This document shows positions 8,533 to 17,962 of a stretch of DNA of 64,000 nucleotides, piece by piece (position 1 is the first letter of the stretch; each line of letters starts with the position of its first letter). This DNA is from a virus. Made by a program: the position numbers and the translations under genes. The notes beneath the pieces were generated by a model that saw only the letters and a program-made list of their open reading frames with translations, made no database searches and was not told the origin of the DNA. The stretch is taken from positions 32,001-96,000 of IMG/VR virus record IMGVR_UViG_3300032896_000001, one strand, 5' to 3'.

Positions 8533-10026
8533 ATGACCGCACCAGCGCAGAACATCAGCGAGGAGACCCTCGCGGAGATCCAGAAGGCCCAGACGCCGGG
8601 CATCTACGAGTCGACCGGGATCTGGTCGTACGACCTGTCCGGCCTCGTGTCCCTCGTCCCGGTCGTGACCCCGTTCCGGGATCTCGTCGCACGCGAGAAG
8701 GTTACTGACGGTAACCCATTTGCCGTGTGGCGCGCATTGATGAACGTCAATAGCTCCCAGCTAGACCCGGCAATGGGCATCGACTACGCCGCGAACGAAG
8801 CCACGTTCAGTGAGCAGGACTTCCAGGCGAAGTACGCCCCAACCGGCTACGCCGGCCTCGTCACCCAGGACGCGTTCGACTTCGCGACCGGCTACGCGGA
8901 CCCCTACGCCGTCGCGACCTTCCAGACCCTCAACCAGGTGCTGATCGGCGACGACCGCAAGCAACTCGGCGCGCAGTCCTTCGCCCTCGCCGCCGCCGCC
9001 GCCCCGTCGATGACCACCGCCACCACCGGCGGCACCATCGCCCTCAACACCACCGTCTACATCGGCGTCGCGGCCCGCACCGGCTCCGGCTTCTACTACG
9101 GCTCCGGCAACAGCCAGGGCAACAGCAACAGCGTCGAGACCGGCGGCAGCACCTCCACCAACACCGTCACCGGCACCGTCACCGCCATCCGCGGCGCCGT
9201 CTGCTACGACTGGTTCCAGAGCAGCAACGGCACCGTCTGGTACTACTACACGACGACCACCGTCAACTCGGTCACGATGACCAAGGTCATCACCACCAAC
9301 CAGGCGCTCCCCACCACCATCCCCGACCTGTCCGCCAACTGGAACGGCGTCGCCGGCGTCCCCACCTACAACGCGGCGGCTGACAACGGCTCCGCGAACG
9401 CCGACGACTACGACGGGTTCCTCGCCAGCCTCTCCGGCGACTACTCCTCCACCGGCCAGTGGGTCAAGCCCGGCACCGGCACCGCCAACCCGTCCCAGTG
9501 GACCTCCCTCAACGGCGCCGCCCTCACCCTCGGCGGCGGCACCGTCAACGAGATCGAGGAATACCTCTTCCTCACCCTCTGGAACGCCGTCAAGTGCTCG
9601 CCCACCGCGATCATGATGAACGCAGCCCAGGCGCAGGAAGTCGCCAACCTCATCCTCGCCAGCGGCAGCGCGACCACCTTCCTCAACACCGACGCCTCGG
9701 GCCGCATCAGCGTCACCGCCGGCGGCCGCGTCGGGGAGATCGTCAACGCCCCCGCCGGCGGCGCCACCGTCCCCATCGAGGTCCACGTCTCGCTGCCCCC
9801 GGGCACCATCATCGCGAGGACCGACCGGGTGCCCTTCCCGCAGGCCAACATCAGCAACGTCCTCGCGATGCGCTGCCTCCGCGACACCGCCCAGTTCGAC
9901 TACGGCATCGCGCGAGTCGCCGGGACCAAGGGCGGGGGGCCCCGCAAAGAGTTCGAGATAAGGTCAGTCAGTGCCCTGGCGAACCGCGCGCCGGTAGCCA
10001 TGGCTGTGCTGTCAAACGTCTCCTAG
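8533..10026 (+). CDS. Major capsid protein
   Basis: Synteny, AGGAGG RBS, very high codon bias, Thr-rich internal insertion. Confidence 0.75.
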   Translation: MTAPAQNISEETLAEIQKAQTPGIYESTGIWSYDLSGLVSLVPVVTPFRDLVAREKVTDGNPFAVWRALMNVNSSQLDPAMGIDYAANEATFSEQDFQAKYAPTGYAGLVTQDAFDFATGYADPYAVATFQTLNQVLIGDDRKQLGAQSFALAAAAAPSMTTATTGGTIALNTTVYIGVAARTGSGFYYGSGNSQGNSNSVETGGSTSTNTVTGTVTAIRGAVCYDWFQSSNGTVWYYYTTTTVNSVTMTKVITTNQALPTTIPDLSANWNGVAGVPTYNAAADNGSANADDYDGFLASLSGDYSSTGQWVKPGTGTANPSQWTSLNGAALTLGGGTVNEIEEYLFLTLWNAVKCSPTAIMMNAAQAQEVANLILASGSATTFLNTDASGRISVTAGGRVGEIVNAPAGGATVPIEVHVSLPPGTIIARTDRVPFPQANISNVLAMRCLRDTAQFDYGIARVAGTKGGGPRKEFEIRSVSALANRAPVAMAVLSNVS

Positions 10027-10179
10027 CTGGGGCGACAAGACAATTCAAGGGTTTTCATCGCACCGTACACGTGTTCTACCTCGGCATGATAGGCTCTTGG
10101 TAGTAATCAGGCGGCCCGGTCGGTGAGTCACCACCGGCCGGGCCAAGCCTGCCAACCCGCCATCACCGGGAGACAGACC

Positions 10180-11250
10180 GTGATCAACCCTACGGAAGAA
10201 AACCCTGCTCGCAAGGGCGAGCCGTGCCCTCTCGTGGAGAACGGCAAGATCTGCGGGGAGCCCGTGTTCGCGCGCGGGTGGTGCTCGAAGCACTACACGA
10301 CCGCGAGGCGCTTCGGCGACCCGCTGTTCCCTGTGAAGCGCCGCGGCAAGCAGGGCGGCAAGTGTCTCGCGCCCGAGGGGTGCGACAAGCCGGCCAAGGC
10401 GCACAATCTCTGCGAGAACCACCGCAGGCTGATGGCCAAGTACGGCGAGACGACACCCTCGCGCGAGCGGCGTTTCTGGGCGAAGGTCGACAAGAGCGGC
10501 GGCCCCGACGCCTGCTGGCCTTGGACCGGCTGGTGTCAGAAGAACGGCTACGGCCAGTACGGCTCCACTCGCAACGGCTCGAACCTGGTCCACCGCATCG
10601 CCTACGAGTACCTAGTCGACCCCATCCCGGACGGCCTCGTACTCGACCACCTGTGCCACACGGCCGACCCGCAGTGCGCAGACAACGACGCCTGCCCGCA
10701 CCGCAAATGCTGCAACCCGAAACACGGGGAGCCCGTCACCAGGCGCGAGAACATCGCCCGAGGTCGAGGCGGCGACTCGTGGGGCTACGTGCCCGATCCC
10801 ATCCCGGCCCCGGCCGAGAAGCCGATCAACTGCGTCAAGTGCGGCCGCACGGACAAGCCCGTCTACAAGAGCGGCATGTGCCGCCTCTGCTACCGCAAGC
10901 GTCACGAAGACCCCGCTTTCATGCCCCGGGCGGAGCGAACGCTCGAGGTCCGCTTCTGGTCCAAGGTCGACAAGGACGGCCCGCTCCCTTATGAGCGGCT
11001 TGACCTGGGGCCGTGCTGGATCTGGACCGCCGGCATCAATAAGACGACCGGCTATGCCCGATTCGCCGTCAAGCATGGCGAGATGATGGACGGCCACCGC
11101 CTCTCGTACCTAATGGCCCACGGCTCGATCCCCGAGAAGCACGACGTGCATCACGTGTGCCTCCGGCGGGCCTGCGTTAACCCGGCCCACCTCGAGGCCG
11201 TGACTCGATCTGTCAACCTCGCCGAGCGGAAGAACCGCCGGAGCAGGTAG
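10180..11250 (+). CDS. Double-HNH homing endonuclease
   Basis: Two RFWxKVDK..CW.WT..HR..LDHLC/HHVC..C.NP.H units. Confidence 0.85.
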   Translation: MINPTEENPARKGEPCPLVENGKICGEPVFARGWCSKHYTTARRFGDPLFPVKRRGKQGGKCLAPEGCDKPAKAHNLCENHRRLMAKYGETTPSRERRFWAKVDKSGGPDACWPWTGWCQKNGYGQYGSTRNGSNLVHRIAYEYLVDPIPDGLVLDHLCHTADPQCADNDACPHRKCCNPKHGEPVTRRENIARGRGGDSWGYVPDPIPAPAEKPINCVKCGRTDKPVYKSGMCRLCYRKRHEDPAFMPRAERTLEVRFWSKVDKDGPLPYERLDLGPCWIWTAGINKTTGYARFAVKHGEMMDGHRLSYLMAHGSIPEKHDVHHVCLRRACVNPAHLEAVTRSVNLAERKNRRSR

Positions 11251-11252
11251 GC

Positions 11253-11302
11253 GCAGCGGAACGGCCCCGGCGGGACTGCTCCGCGCCGGGGCCGTTCGCT
11301 GT
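11253..11302. terminator. Hairpin between convergent genes
   Basis: AACGGCCCCGGCG / CGCCGGGGCCGTT. Confidence 0.7.
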
Positions 11303-11307
11303 CGGGG

Positions 11308-12201
11308 CTAGGGCAGGTCGGGCTCCTGGCTGTCGTCCCACGGGCCGAATTCCTCCGGCGGGAACATGATCTCCGCGACGTCGGCCGGGGTCATCCCGAG
11401 GTCGCGGGCGACCTTCTTGACGGGCGACGGGTGACCTTCGGGGACCTCGTTCCAGGCGTCCCAGACGTCCTTGAACATCTGCTTCGTGCGAATGAAGGCG
11501 GCCTCTTCCGCGTCCTCGGCCGTTGTGGCGTCGTCGGGGACCGCGAACCGGGCGGCCTCGCGCTCCACGTCCGGGACGTCCTCGGCGGACTCGAGGACGA
11601 GCTCGGCGGCGCGCGTGAGCCGGTTGGCGATCAGGAGCGCCTCCTCGGGCGACAGCATCGCGTACGCCTGCTGGCGGTCGTCCCCGTCGATTCCAAGCCC
11701 GACCATGCCGGGGGTCATCCCGAGGTCGCGGGCGACCTTCTTGACGGGCGACGGGTGACCTTCGGGGACCTCGTTCCAGGCGTCCCAGACGTCCTTGAAC
11801 ATCTGCTTCGTGCGAATGAAGGCGGCCTCTTCCGCGTCCTCGGCCGTTGTGGCGTCGTCGGGGACCGCGAACCGGGCGGCCTCGCGCTCCACGTCCGGGA
11901 CGTCCTCGGCGGACTCGAGGACGAGCTCGGCGGCGCGCGTGAGCCGGTTGGCGATCAGGAGCGCCTCCTCGGGCGACAGCATCGCGTACGCCTGCTGGCG
12001 GTCGTCCCCGTCGATTCCAAGCCCGACCATGCCGGGGTCGTGGCCGGGCGCGCCGCAGTCGTCGCATTCGAAGGCGCCCTCGGGGGCGAAGACGTGCTCG
12101 ACGGCGATGCGGTCTCCGCCGCAGTCCCCGAAGACGACTCCGATCGTGCGGGTGCGCATCGGGATGCCCTTGCTGGCGGCTTCGGGTTCGCTCTCGCTCA
12201 C
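11308..12201 (-). CDS. Hypothetical protein with internal 108-aa duplication
   Basis: Duplicated MVGLGID...DLGMTP. Confidence 0.7.
   Translation of the reverse strand: MSESEPEAASKGIPMRTRTIGVVFGDCGGDRIAVEHVFAPEGAFECDDCGAPGHDPGMVGLGIDGDDRQQAYAMLSPEEALLIANRLTRAAELVLESAEDVPDVEREAARFAVPDDATTAEDAEEAAFIRTKQMFKDVWDAWNEVPEGHPSPVKKVARDLGMTPGMVGLGIDGDDRQQAYAMLSPEEALLIANRLTRAAELVLESAEDVPDVEREAARFAVPDDATTAEDAEEAAFIRTKQMFKDVWDAWNEVPEGHPSPVKKVARDLGMTPADVAEIMFPPEEFGPWDDSQEPDLP
11387..12037. repeat. Exact tandem duplication, period 324 bp
   Basis: 11387-11713 matches 11711-12037. Confidence 0.95.
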
Positions 12202-12572
12202 GGGTTCTCCTTGGGGTCGATGATTCGAAGGTTGGACAGGTCGTTGTTGCGCGGGTCGCCGTCTATGTGGTGGACGACGCGCCCGTCTTGCGGAGTGATG
12301 CCTGCGCGGCGGCGTCCGGCCCGGAGCGCGGCGGCCTTGTCGCGGTACTCTTCCGCCGCCTCCACGTCGGCCAGGAGGGCGTCAAGGCCGGCGAGCCAGT
12401 CGGCGCTGACGAGGACGGCCGTCCCGTCGAGTCGCAGGCGGGCGCTGTCGAGCGCGGCCACGAGGACGTCGTTCATGCCCGCTCCGCGCTGCGCCGCCGA
12501 GACCTTGAGCCAGCGGTGGAGCTCTGGCGGCAGTTTCGCGAGGAACCTAACCCGCTTATCTTCATTACTCAT
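12198..12572 (-). CDS. Ribbon-helix-helix + HNH-motif protein (leaderless)
   Basis: KLPPELHRWLKVSAA; VHHIDGDPRNNDLSNL; TAAGCT 7 nt before ATG. Confidence 0.7.
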   Translation of the reverse strand: MSNEDKRVRFLAKLPPELHRWLKVSAAQRGAGMNDVLVAALDSARLRLDGTAVLVSADWLAGLDALLADVEAAEEYRDKAAALRAGRRRAGITPQDGRVVHHIDGDPRNNDLSNLRIIDPKENP

Positions 12573-12601
12573 GTAATCAAGCTTATCAGATAAGGAGCGC
12601 C

Positions 12602-13069
12602 ATGGACCTCTACTCGAAGGTCGGCGCCGACTCTCACGTCGACCCCGTGCACGGCCGGTTCACCCCAGACGAGGAGACCGGCGCGTTCCACTTCCCCGAC
12701 GAGGTGTCGGACGCGATCGGCGGGTTCGCCGTCAAAGGGAAGAAGTTGTGGGAGAACGAGACGGAGCGGGCCGACCGGATGCACGGCCTGGACCTCGCCC
12801 GCCGGCGCGATCCCGCGACGATGCTGACGATGCAGGAGGAGAACGTCGCGCTGATGCGGCAGCTGACGCAGCTGACCGCGCAGCTCGCCGCAGTCCAGAT
12901 CGGCCAGGCCGCGCCCGCGGCCCCGTCCGAGCCCGCCGTCGCCGCCGAGGCGACCGTCGAGCCCGTGGCCGAGCCTGGGGTCGAATCCGCCCCCGAGCCG
13001 TCGCCTGAGCCGCGCGCAGCCGCCGTGAAGGCCTCCCGCACGCCGAAGGTCGCGGCGAAGCCCGCATAA
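12602..13069 (+). CDS. Head-associated hypothetical protein
   Basis: AAGGAG RBS; follows capsid. Confidence 0.7.
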   Translation: MDLYSKVGADSHVDPVHGRFTPDEETGAFHFPDEVSDAIGGFAVKGKKLWENETERADRMHGLDLARRRDPATMLTMQEENVALMRQLTQLTAQLAAVQIGQAAPAAPSEPAVAAEATVEPVAEPGVESAPEPSPEPRAAAVKASRTPKVAAKPA

Positions 13070-13202
13070 CCCCGCAGCACCCCGTTTCCGCCCCCGCGAG
13101 CGCCCGCTCCGGAGGTTTCGTCATGCCCCGCCTCCGCGGCCGGGCAGCCGCCCCAGCCCGACCCGCGCGGCATTCCCCGCGCCAGCCCACCGGAGGTAAA
13201 CC

Positions 13203-13862
13203 ATGCCGAACTCAGTGCTCGTGACCGGCGGCAACAACGGCCCCCTCGCGACGGAGAACATCAGCACCCCGGCGACGTTCAACGCCGAGATCACCGCCCT
13301 CGGCGGCATCAACACGCAGCAGCTCCCCGCCGGGTACCTCGGCCAGTCGATCAGCTCCGACGTCCTGTCCGCCACGGCGGTGGTCCTGACGACCGCCTAC
13401 GGGTACCTCACCCGGGTCGTCGTCCCCGTCGCGGGCGTCACCTCCTACCTGGACGTGATCCTCACCGCGTACGGTTCGCCGACCGGGGCGATCTGGGGGC
13501 TCTACACCGGCTCCGGCGTCAACCCGGTCGCCTGGACGGCGGAGTCCCACGCGAGCATCACCGGCAACGGGCTCACGTCCGTCCCCTGGGTGACGCCGGC
13601 GAGCATCGCGGCGGGGACGTACTACGTGTACCAGTGCTACACGGCCACCACCCCGTCGATGCCGGGCGTCACCGCGACGTCCACCGGGTCCGCCGGGGCG
13701 GCGATCATGAACCCGAACTGCTCGCTGTCCGCCACGGTTCCCACCCTGAACTCGGCCGTCCTGACATCGGGCGCCCCGACGACGATCGGCTCGACGACCC
13801 AGCTCACCTGGGGCACCTCGTGGGCGTTCGCGGCGACCAAGCTGTGGTACGGGATCCGGTAA
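13203..13862 (+). CDS. Virion structural/decoration protein
   Basis: GGAGG RBS; Thr/Ser/Gly beta-rich. Confidence 0.65.
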   Translation: MPNSVLVTGGNNGPLATENISTPATFNAEITALGGINTQQLPAGYLGQSISSDVLSATAVVLTTAYGYLTRVVVPVAGVTSYLDVILTAYGSPTGAIWGLYTGSGVNPVAWTAESHASITGNGLTSVPWVTPASIAAGTYYVYQCYTATTPSMPGVTATSTGSAGAAIMNPNCSLSATVPTLNSAVLTSGAPTTIGSTTQLTWGTSWAFAATKLWYGIR

Positions 13863-14300
13863 CCGCCTGCACCGGCAGTCCGGCTTGACGTGCACCATGA
13901 TCCCGCCCGGGGTCCGGTGGCAAGGGCCTGCGGGCTGCGGGATGACGTTGCGGAACGGCGTGAAGACGACCGGCTTGTACCGGGGCGCCTCGCCGACCCG
14001 CGCGCCCGCAGCGTAGGCCCAGGTCTTCTCCAGACCCGCGCGCCCGCAGTGACCGCAGGTGTCCTCTTCCTCGGTCACCGTCCAGACGGACCAGCATTCC
14101 CGGCACCGCCACGACTCGCCGACGGCCAGCGTCTCGAGGCGGGGCCGGGATAGGCAGCGGTGGCGGGTGACGGCCTCGTCGCACGTCTTGCACCCGCTGT
14201 CGCCCGTCATCAGCCACCGGTTGCCGAGAGGCGTCCCGCACTCCGGGCAGCACGCCGGGGCCAAGTCGTAGGCGAAGATCCCCGTCTCGTTCTCGCTCAC
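13860..14300 (-). CDS. Cys-rich Zn-binding protein; formal ORF continues to 13212 through a TTA at 13862-13860
   Basis: Multiple CxxC, ends HVKPDCRCRR then antisense low-complexity sequence. Confidence 0.6.
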
Positions 14301-14746
14301 GGGTGCAACTCCAGCGTGAAGCCGTGTGCCCGGGGCTCTCGCACGAGCATCCCCTGCCCTCCGGTCATGTCCGCGTCGTCGATGTCCGCGCTTCCGCCCA
14401 GCTTCCGGACCAGCGCGGCGACGATGTACGACGAGTCGACGGCCTCGCGCCGCATCTTCCGGTCTGCGCAGTCAAGGCTCTCCAGCGTCGCAGTCAACTC
14501 CTCGCGCAGCCGCATGACCTCCTGCGCCCATTCCAGCAGCGTGTGGGTTTCCAGGTGCGCCCTGACGACCTCTTCGGCCGCCATGGCGCGGTCGCGGAGG
14601 AACCGCCAGATGTCCGCATCCGAGGTGATCGCCTCGCCTGGTGGCGGCGGCGGGCCGGTCCCCTTCCAGGGGCATGCGGCCAGCGGGCACTCGTAGATCG
14701 TCACCGGCATCGTGACCTCAGCCCGCGGCGGCGTGCTCTCGCTCAT
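14297..14746 (-). CDS. Hypothetical protein (leaderless)
   Basis: YECPLAAC..HLETH; CATCAT 7 nt before ATG. Confidence 0.7.
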   Translation of the reverse strand: MSESTPPRAEVTMPVTIYECPLAACPWKGTGPPPPPGEAITSDADIWRFLRDRAMAAEEVVRAHLETHTLLEWAQEVMRLREELTATLESLDCADRKMRREAVDSSYIVAALVRKLGGSADIDDADMTGGQGMLVREPRAHGFTLELHP

Positions 14747-14786
14747 GCCGTCAATGATGGCGCAAGCCGGGAGGTGGCCTCCTCCC

Positions 14787-15770
14787 GTGCCCTTGACTAC
14801 GCCCTACGTTTCCGTCCAGATGCTGGTTGACGCGCCTACCGGTGTGAGCTGGTCGCTCCTCCCGAAGCCGAAGGCGACTACGGCCCAGAATTACGCCGAG
14901 CTCAATAACTGCCTGTGGCGCGCGACGAGCATGGTGGATACCTACTGCCGGCAGGCGCTCCGCTCCACCCTCGCCGTCGAGTACCTCAACGGCCCCGGCG
15001 TCCCGCGGTGCAACGTCGACCCGAACACCGGCAACGGGGTGCTGCAGACCCGATGGTGGCCGGTCACGGAGATCCTCGCGATCCAGGTTTCCTCCAGCCG
15101 GAACTTCGACAACAACTACACGCCGGTCACCGCAGGGCAGTGGCGCATCCGCCACCCGCTCATCTCGATCGGCGACTCGGCCAGCGCGACGGCCCCCGAC
15201 GGCGGCTGGACGATCGACGTCGCCCCCGGGTGGATCACCTGGTCCGCGTGCGGGCGCGGGCCCGTCCCGGGGTCGTGGTCGGGCGGCGGCGGACGGGGCG
15301 GCACGCTGGTGCAGCTCGCCTACTTCAACGGCTGGCCGCACACCTCGCTCACCGGGGACGCCGAGGCGGGCGATACCGAGATCAACGTCGACGACGTGAC
15401 CGGCTGGACGAACGCGTCCGGGTTCGTGTACGACGGCTCCGCGACCGAGGCCATGTCGGGCGCGTCCGTCGCCGCGACGACCCCGGTCACGCTGCCGTAC
15501 GACGCCGGCACCGCGCAGGCCGGGCCGGGGACGATCACCCTGTCCTCGCCGCTGAACTTCGGCCACCAGGCGGGGACGGTCGTCTCCGCACTGCCGGCCG
15601 ATGTCATCTACGCGACGATCCTCGCCGCGGCGGTGCAGGCGCTCACGGGCGGGACGGACGCGATCACGATCCAGTCGATCGGCGGCGAGCACTCCTCGCC
15701 GCAGCCGACGGCCGACGGGATGACGAAGCAGTACCAGGCGCTCCTGAACGAGTACCGCCGGGTGATGTGA
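14787..15770 (+). CDS. Head-to-tail adaptor
   Basis: RATSMVDTYC..Y.NGW..LPADV..AT..LLNEYRR; synteny. Confidence 0.7.
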   Translation: MPLTTPYVSVQMLVDAPTGVSWSLLPKPKATTAQNYAELNNCLWRATSMVDTYCRQALRSTLAVEYLNGPGVPRCNVDPNTGNGVLQTRWWPVTEILAIQVSSSRNFDNNYTPVTAGQWRIRHPLISIGDSASATAPDGGWTIDVAPGWITWSACGRGPVPGSWSGGGGRGGTLVQLAYFNGWPHTSLTGDAEAGDTEINVDDVTGWTNASGFVYDGSATEAMSGASVAATTPVTLPYDAGTAQAGPGTITLSSPLNFGHQAGTVVSALPADVIYATILAAAVQALTGGTDAITIQSIGGEHSSPQPTADGMTKQYQALLNEYRRVM

Positions 15771-15779
15771 GGGGGCCGG

Positions 15780-16283
15780 GTGCTCGACAGCGTCCAGTGT
15801 TACGTCCGCGGCATTCTCGACAACCTGCCGATCCCGGTCGCGGGCATCCCGCCTCTGACCGCATGGGTCACGCCCCCGGCGCTCGAGCAGGCGGACGGCC
15901 CGAGGGCTCACGTGTGGGGCGGCACCGTCCCTGTGAGCAGGCAGACGGCGCCGCGCGGCCAGGGTTTCAAGAAGTTCCCGTGGACGATCGACGTCTACCT
16001 TGTGTACCTCACGACCCCGGACGACGGGCTCGCGTCGGAGCCGTTCCCGAAGATCATCGACGCGGTGATGTGGGCGTTCTTCACGACGACGATGCCGTTG
16101 TTCATCAGCGCCGAGGGCGTCCCGATGGGGCCCAATGCGGTGAACGAGACCGACACGCAGATCCAGAAGATAGGCGAGTCGCCGCGCCTGCAGTACCCGC
16201 CGGAGAAGATGGTCGGCCCGATGCAGATGCTCTGGTACACCGCGTTGCTGCAGGTCGACGTCGAGGAGGTCGTCCAAGCGTGA
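15780..16283 (+). CDS. Tail terminator-like protein
   Basis: Synteny, size. Confidence 0.5.
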   Translation: MLDSVQCYVRGILDNLPIPVAGIPPLTAWVTPPALEQADGPRAHVWGGTVPVSRQTAPRGQGFKKFPWTIDVYLVYLTTPDDGLASEPFPKIIDAVMWAFFTTTMPLFISAEGVPMGPNAVNETDTQIQKIGESPRLQYPPEKMVGPMQMLWYTALLQVDVEEVVQA

Positions 16284-16738
16284 GCATGACCATGACGGTC
16301 TCCGGCGCGGACCGGTCGCTGAAGTTCGACTGGCAGGCCGCGAGCCGGGCGTGGGCGGCGGACGTCGAGCCGCTCGCGTCGAGGGCGGTGAAGATGGCGT
16401 CCCCGGTCGGGGCCGGGCCGACCGCGGGGAAGCTGCGGCAGTCGATCGGCTCCCGCCTCGAGCCCTCTCCGTCGCAGATGTGGGTGGTCCTGTTCGGCAC
16501 CGTCCCGTACCTGCCGTACGTCATCGGGGGCACGAGGGCTCACCCGATCGCCGCGAGGAACGCGAAGGCGCTGCGCTGGCTCGAGAACCGGGGGCACGGG
16601 CCGATCGCGTACGCGAAGAGCGTCCAGCACCCCGGGACCAAGGCCAACGACTTCCCCGAGCGGGCCATCTCGCCGCTGACGAGCCTGATCCTGCAGAGCT
16701 TCGCCGACGCCGCGAGGGAGGCCGTCATTGTCGAGTAA
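16280..16738 (+). CDS. HK97 gp10-like neck protein
   Basis: SPV..GKLRQSI..PYLPYVIGGTRAH..VQHPGTKANDF. Confidence 0.75.
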   Translation: MSMTMTVSGADRSLKFDWQAASRAWAADVEPLASRAVKMASPVGAGPTAGKLRQSIGSRLEPSPSQMWVVLFGTVPYLPYVIGGTRAHPIAARNAKALRWLENRGHGPIAYAKSVQHPGTKANDFPERAISPLTSLILQSFADAAREAVIVE

Positions 16739-16970
16739 CGAACGGGTGCGGCTCCGGTACACCGGAGGCCACCCGACCACGTTCACCCACCACGGCATCG
16801 GCGAGGTAGAACCCGGGGCGGAGTTCGAGGTCCCGGCGGCCGACGCCGGCCGGTACACCCGCAGGGCGGACGTCGAGCCCGTGACGGCCAGCGGCAAGCG
16901 GAAGCCCAAGGGCGCCGCCGCGCAGGCCGACGGCGGCGCGGACGGCGCCGAAGGCGCCGAAGGCGAGTAG
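16728..16970 (+). CDS. Small structural-region protein
   Basis: VRLRYTG..VEPGAEFEVP. Confidence 0.65.
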   Translation: MSSNERVRLRYTGGHPTTFTHHGIGEVEPGAEFEVPAADAGRYTRRADVEPVTASGKRKPKGAAAQADGGADGAEGAEGE

Positions 16971-16977
16971 CGAGGCG

Positions 16978-17148
16978 CTAGCCGAGGTGCGCGGCGGACC
17001 AGAACGCCATCGGGACGGCCGCCGCCTCCCCGATGAGCAACCCGGTCACGGCGACTGAGATCGACGCCCGCAGCAGCCCCCGCGCGAACAGCGCGCAGCC
17101 GCCGGGGAACAGGACGGCGGCGAGCGCGAGCTCCCACCATCCGCTCAC
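16978..17148 (-). CDS. Small membrane protein
   Basis: Two hydrophobic segments, GTGA overlap. Confidence 0.55.
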   Translation of the reverse strand: MSGWWELALAAVLFPGGCALFARGLLRASISVAVTGLLIGEAAAVPMAFWSAAHLG

Positions 17149-17525
17149 AGCCGTATCACCGCGAAGTCCACCCGCAGGCTGATCGCGCGCTGGACCGCAG
17201 GCTTCACCAACTCCCCGGCGAGCGTGCGGACCAGCGGCGTGAGGCTGCCGTCGAACCGCATCCGCGGGCACTCCGACAGATGCCACCCGGCAGGCTCGAG
17301 CGCCGCCAGGGCGTCCTCCGCCCTCGCCAGCAGCGCCGCCCGGACCCCCCTAGCGGTGGCCGGCATCTCGTCTGCGGCGATGACGACCGACTCGAACTCG
17401 TACGGGCCGAACGGCAGATCGATTCGCAGCGCCGGGCGCCTGATGTCCTCGACGTGCAGCCATGGCCTGACCAGCTCGGCAATCGCCGTGATCTCGCTTG
17501 CTCCCGTGATCTCAGGCCAGCTCAC
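17145..17525 (-). CDS. Hypothetical protein
   Basis: Coupled overlap. Confidence 0.6.
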   Translation of the reverse strand: MSWPEITGASEITAIAELVRPWLHVEDIRRPALRIDLPFGPYEFESVVIAADEMPATARGVRAALLARAEDALAALEPAGWHLSECPRMRFDGSLTPLVRTLAGELVKPAVQRAISLRVDFAVIRL

Positions 17526-17896
17526 GGCTTCCACCCCGGCTTGTACTCCGGGTGCTTGTCGTAGGCGGACACGAGCGACATGAGCGTCCGGAACGCCAGG
17601 TTGGCGTGTGGCGCCGGGAACGGCGACCCGTACCGGGCATGGCCGGCGTTGAACCCCGGCTGCCTGCTCATGGCCCGCTCGCAGTCGGCGACGATGCGCC
17701 GCTTGGCCGCGATCTCGCGCAGCGTGCGGGCAGGGCGGCCGCAGTTGCAGTCAGGGTCACGGCGAGCCGCGTCCGCCATGTCTTCCGCGTACAAGAGCGC
17801 GTCGCACTGCCCCACGTCGTGGACGGCCCATGCTCGCGCCTCTTCCTCGTCGAGCCTCGCCGCGTAGAACGCCGCGATCTCGCCTGTCTCGTCCAT
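17522..17896 (-). CDS. DUF6221 family protein (leaderless)
   Basis: FYAARLDEEE..PARTLREIAAKRRIV..AYDKHPEYKPGWKP. Confidence 0.85.
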   Translation of the reverse strand: MDETGEIAAFYAARLDEEEARAWAVHDVGQCDALLYAEDMADAARRDPDCNCGRPARTLREIAAKRRIVADCERAMSRQPGFNAGHARYGSPFPAPHANLAFRTLMSLVSAYDKHPEYKPGWKP

Positions 17897-17962
17897 GCCG
17901 CCAGCATGCCATTCCCGGCACGCGCCCCGCCCACGCACGCACCAGAGCAAAGGAGGAGCGCC

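Noticed and set aside
11387-12037. Repeat pair as a diversity-generating retroelement TR/VR
   Set aside because: Copies are identical with no adenine-specific differences, and no reverse transcriptase is in the window
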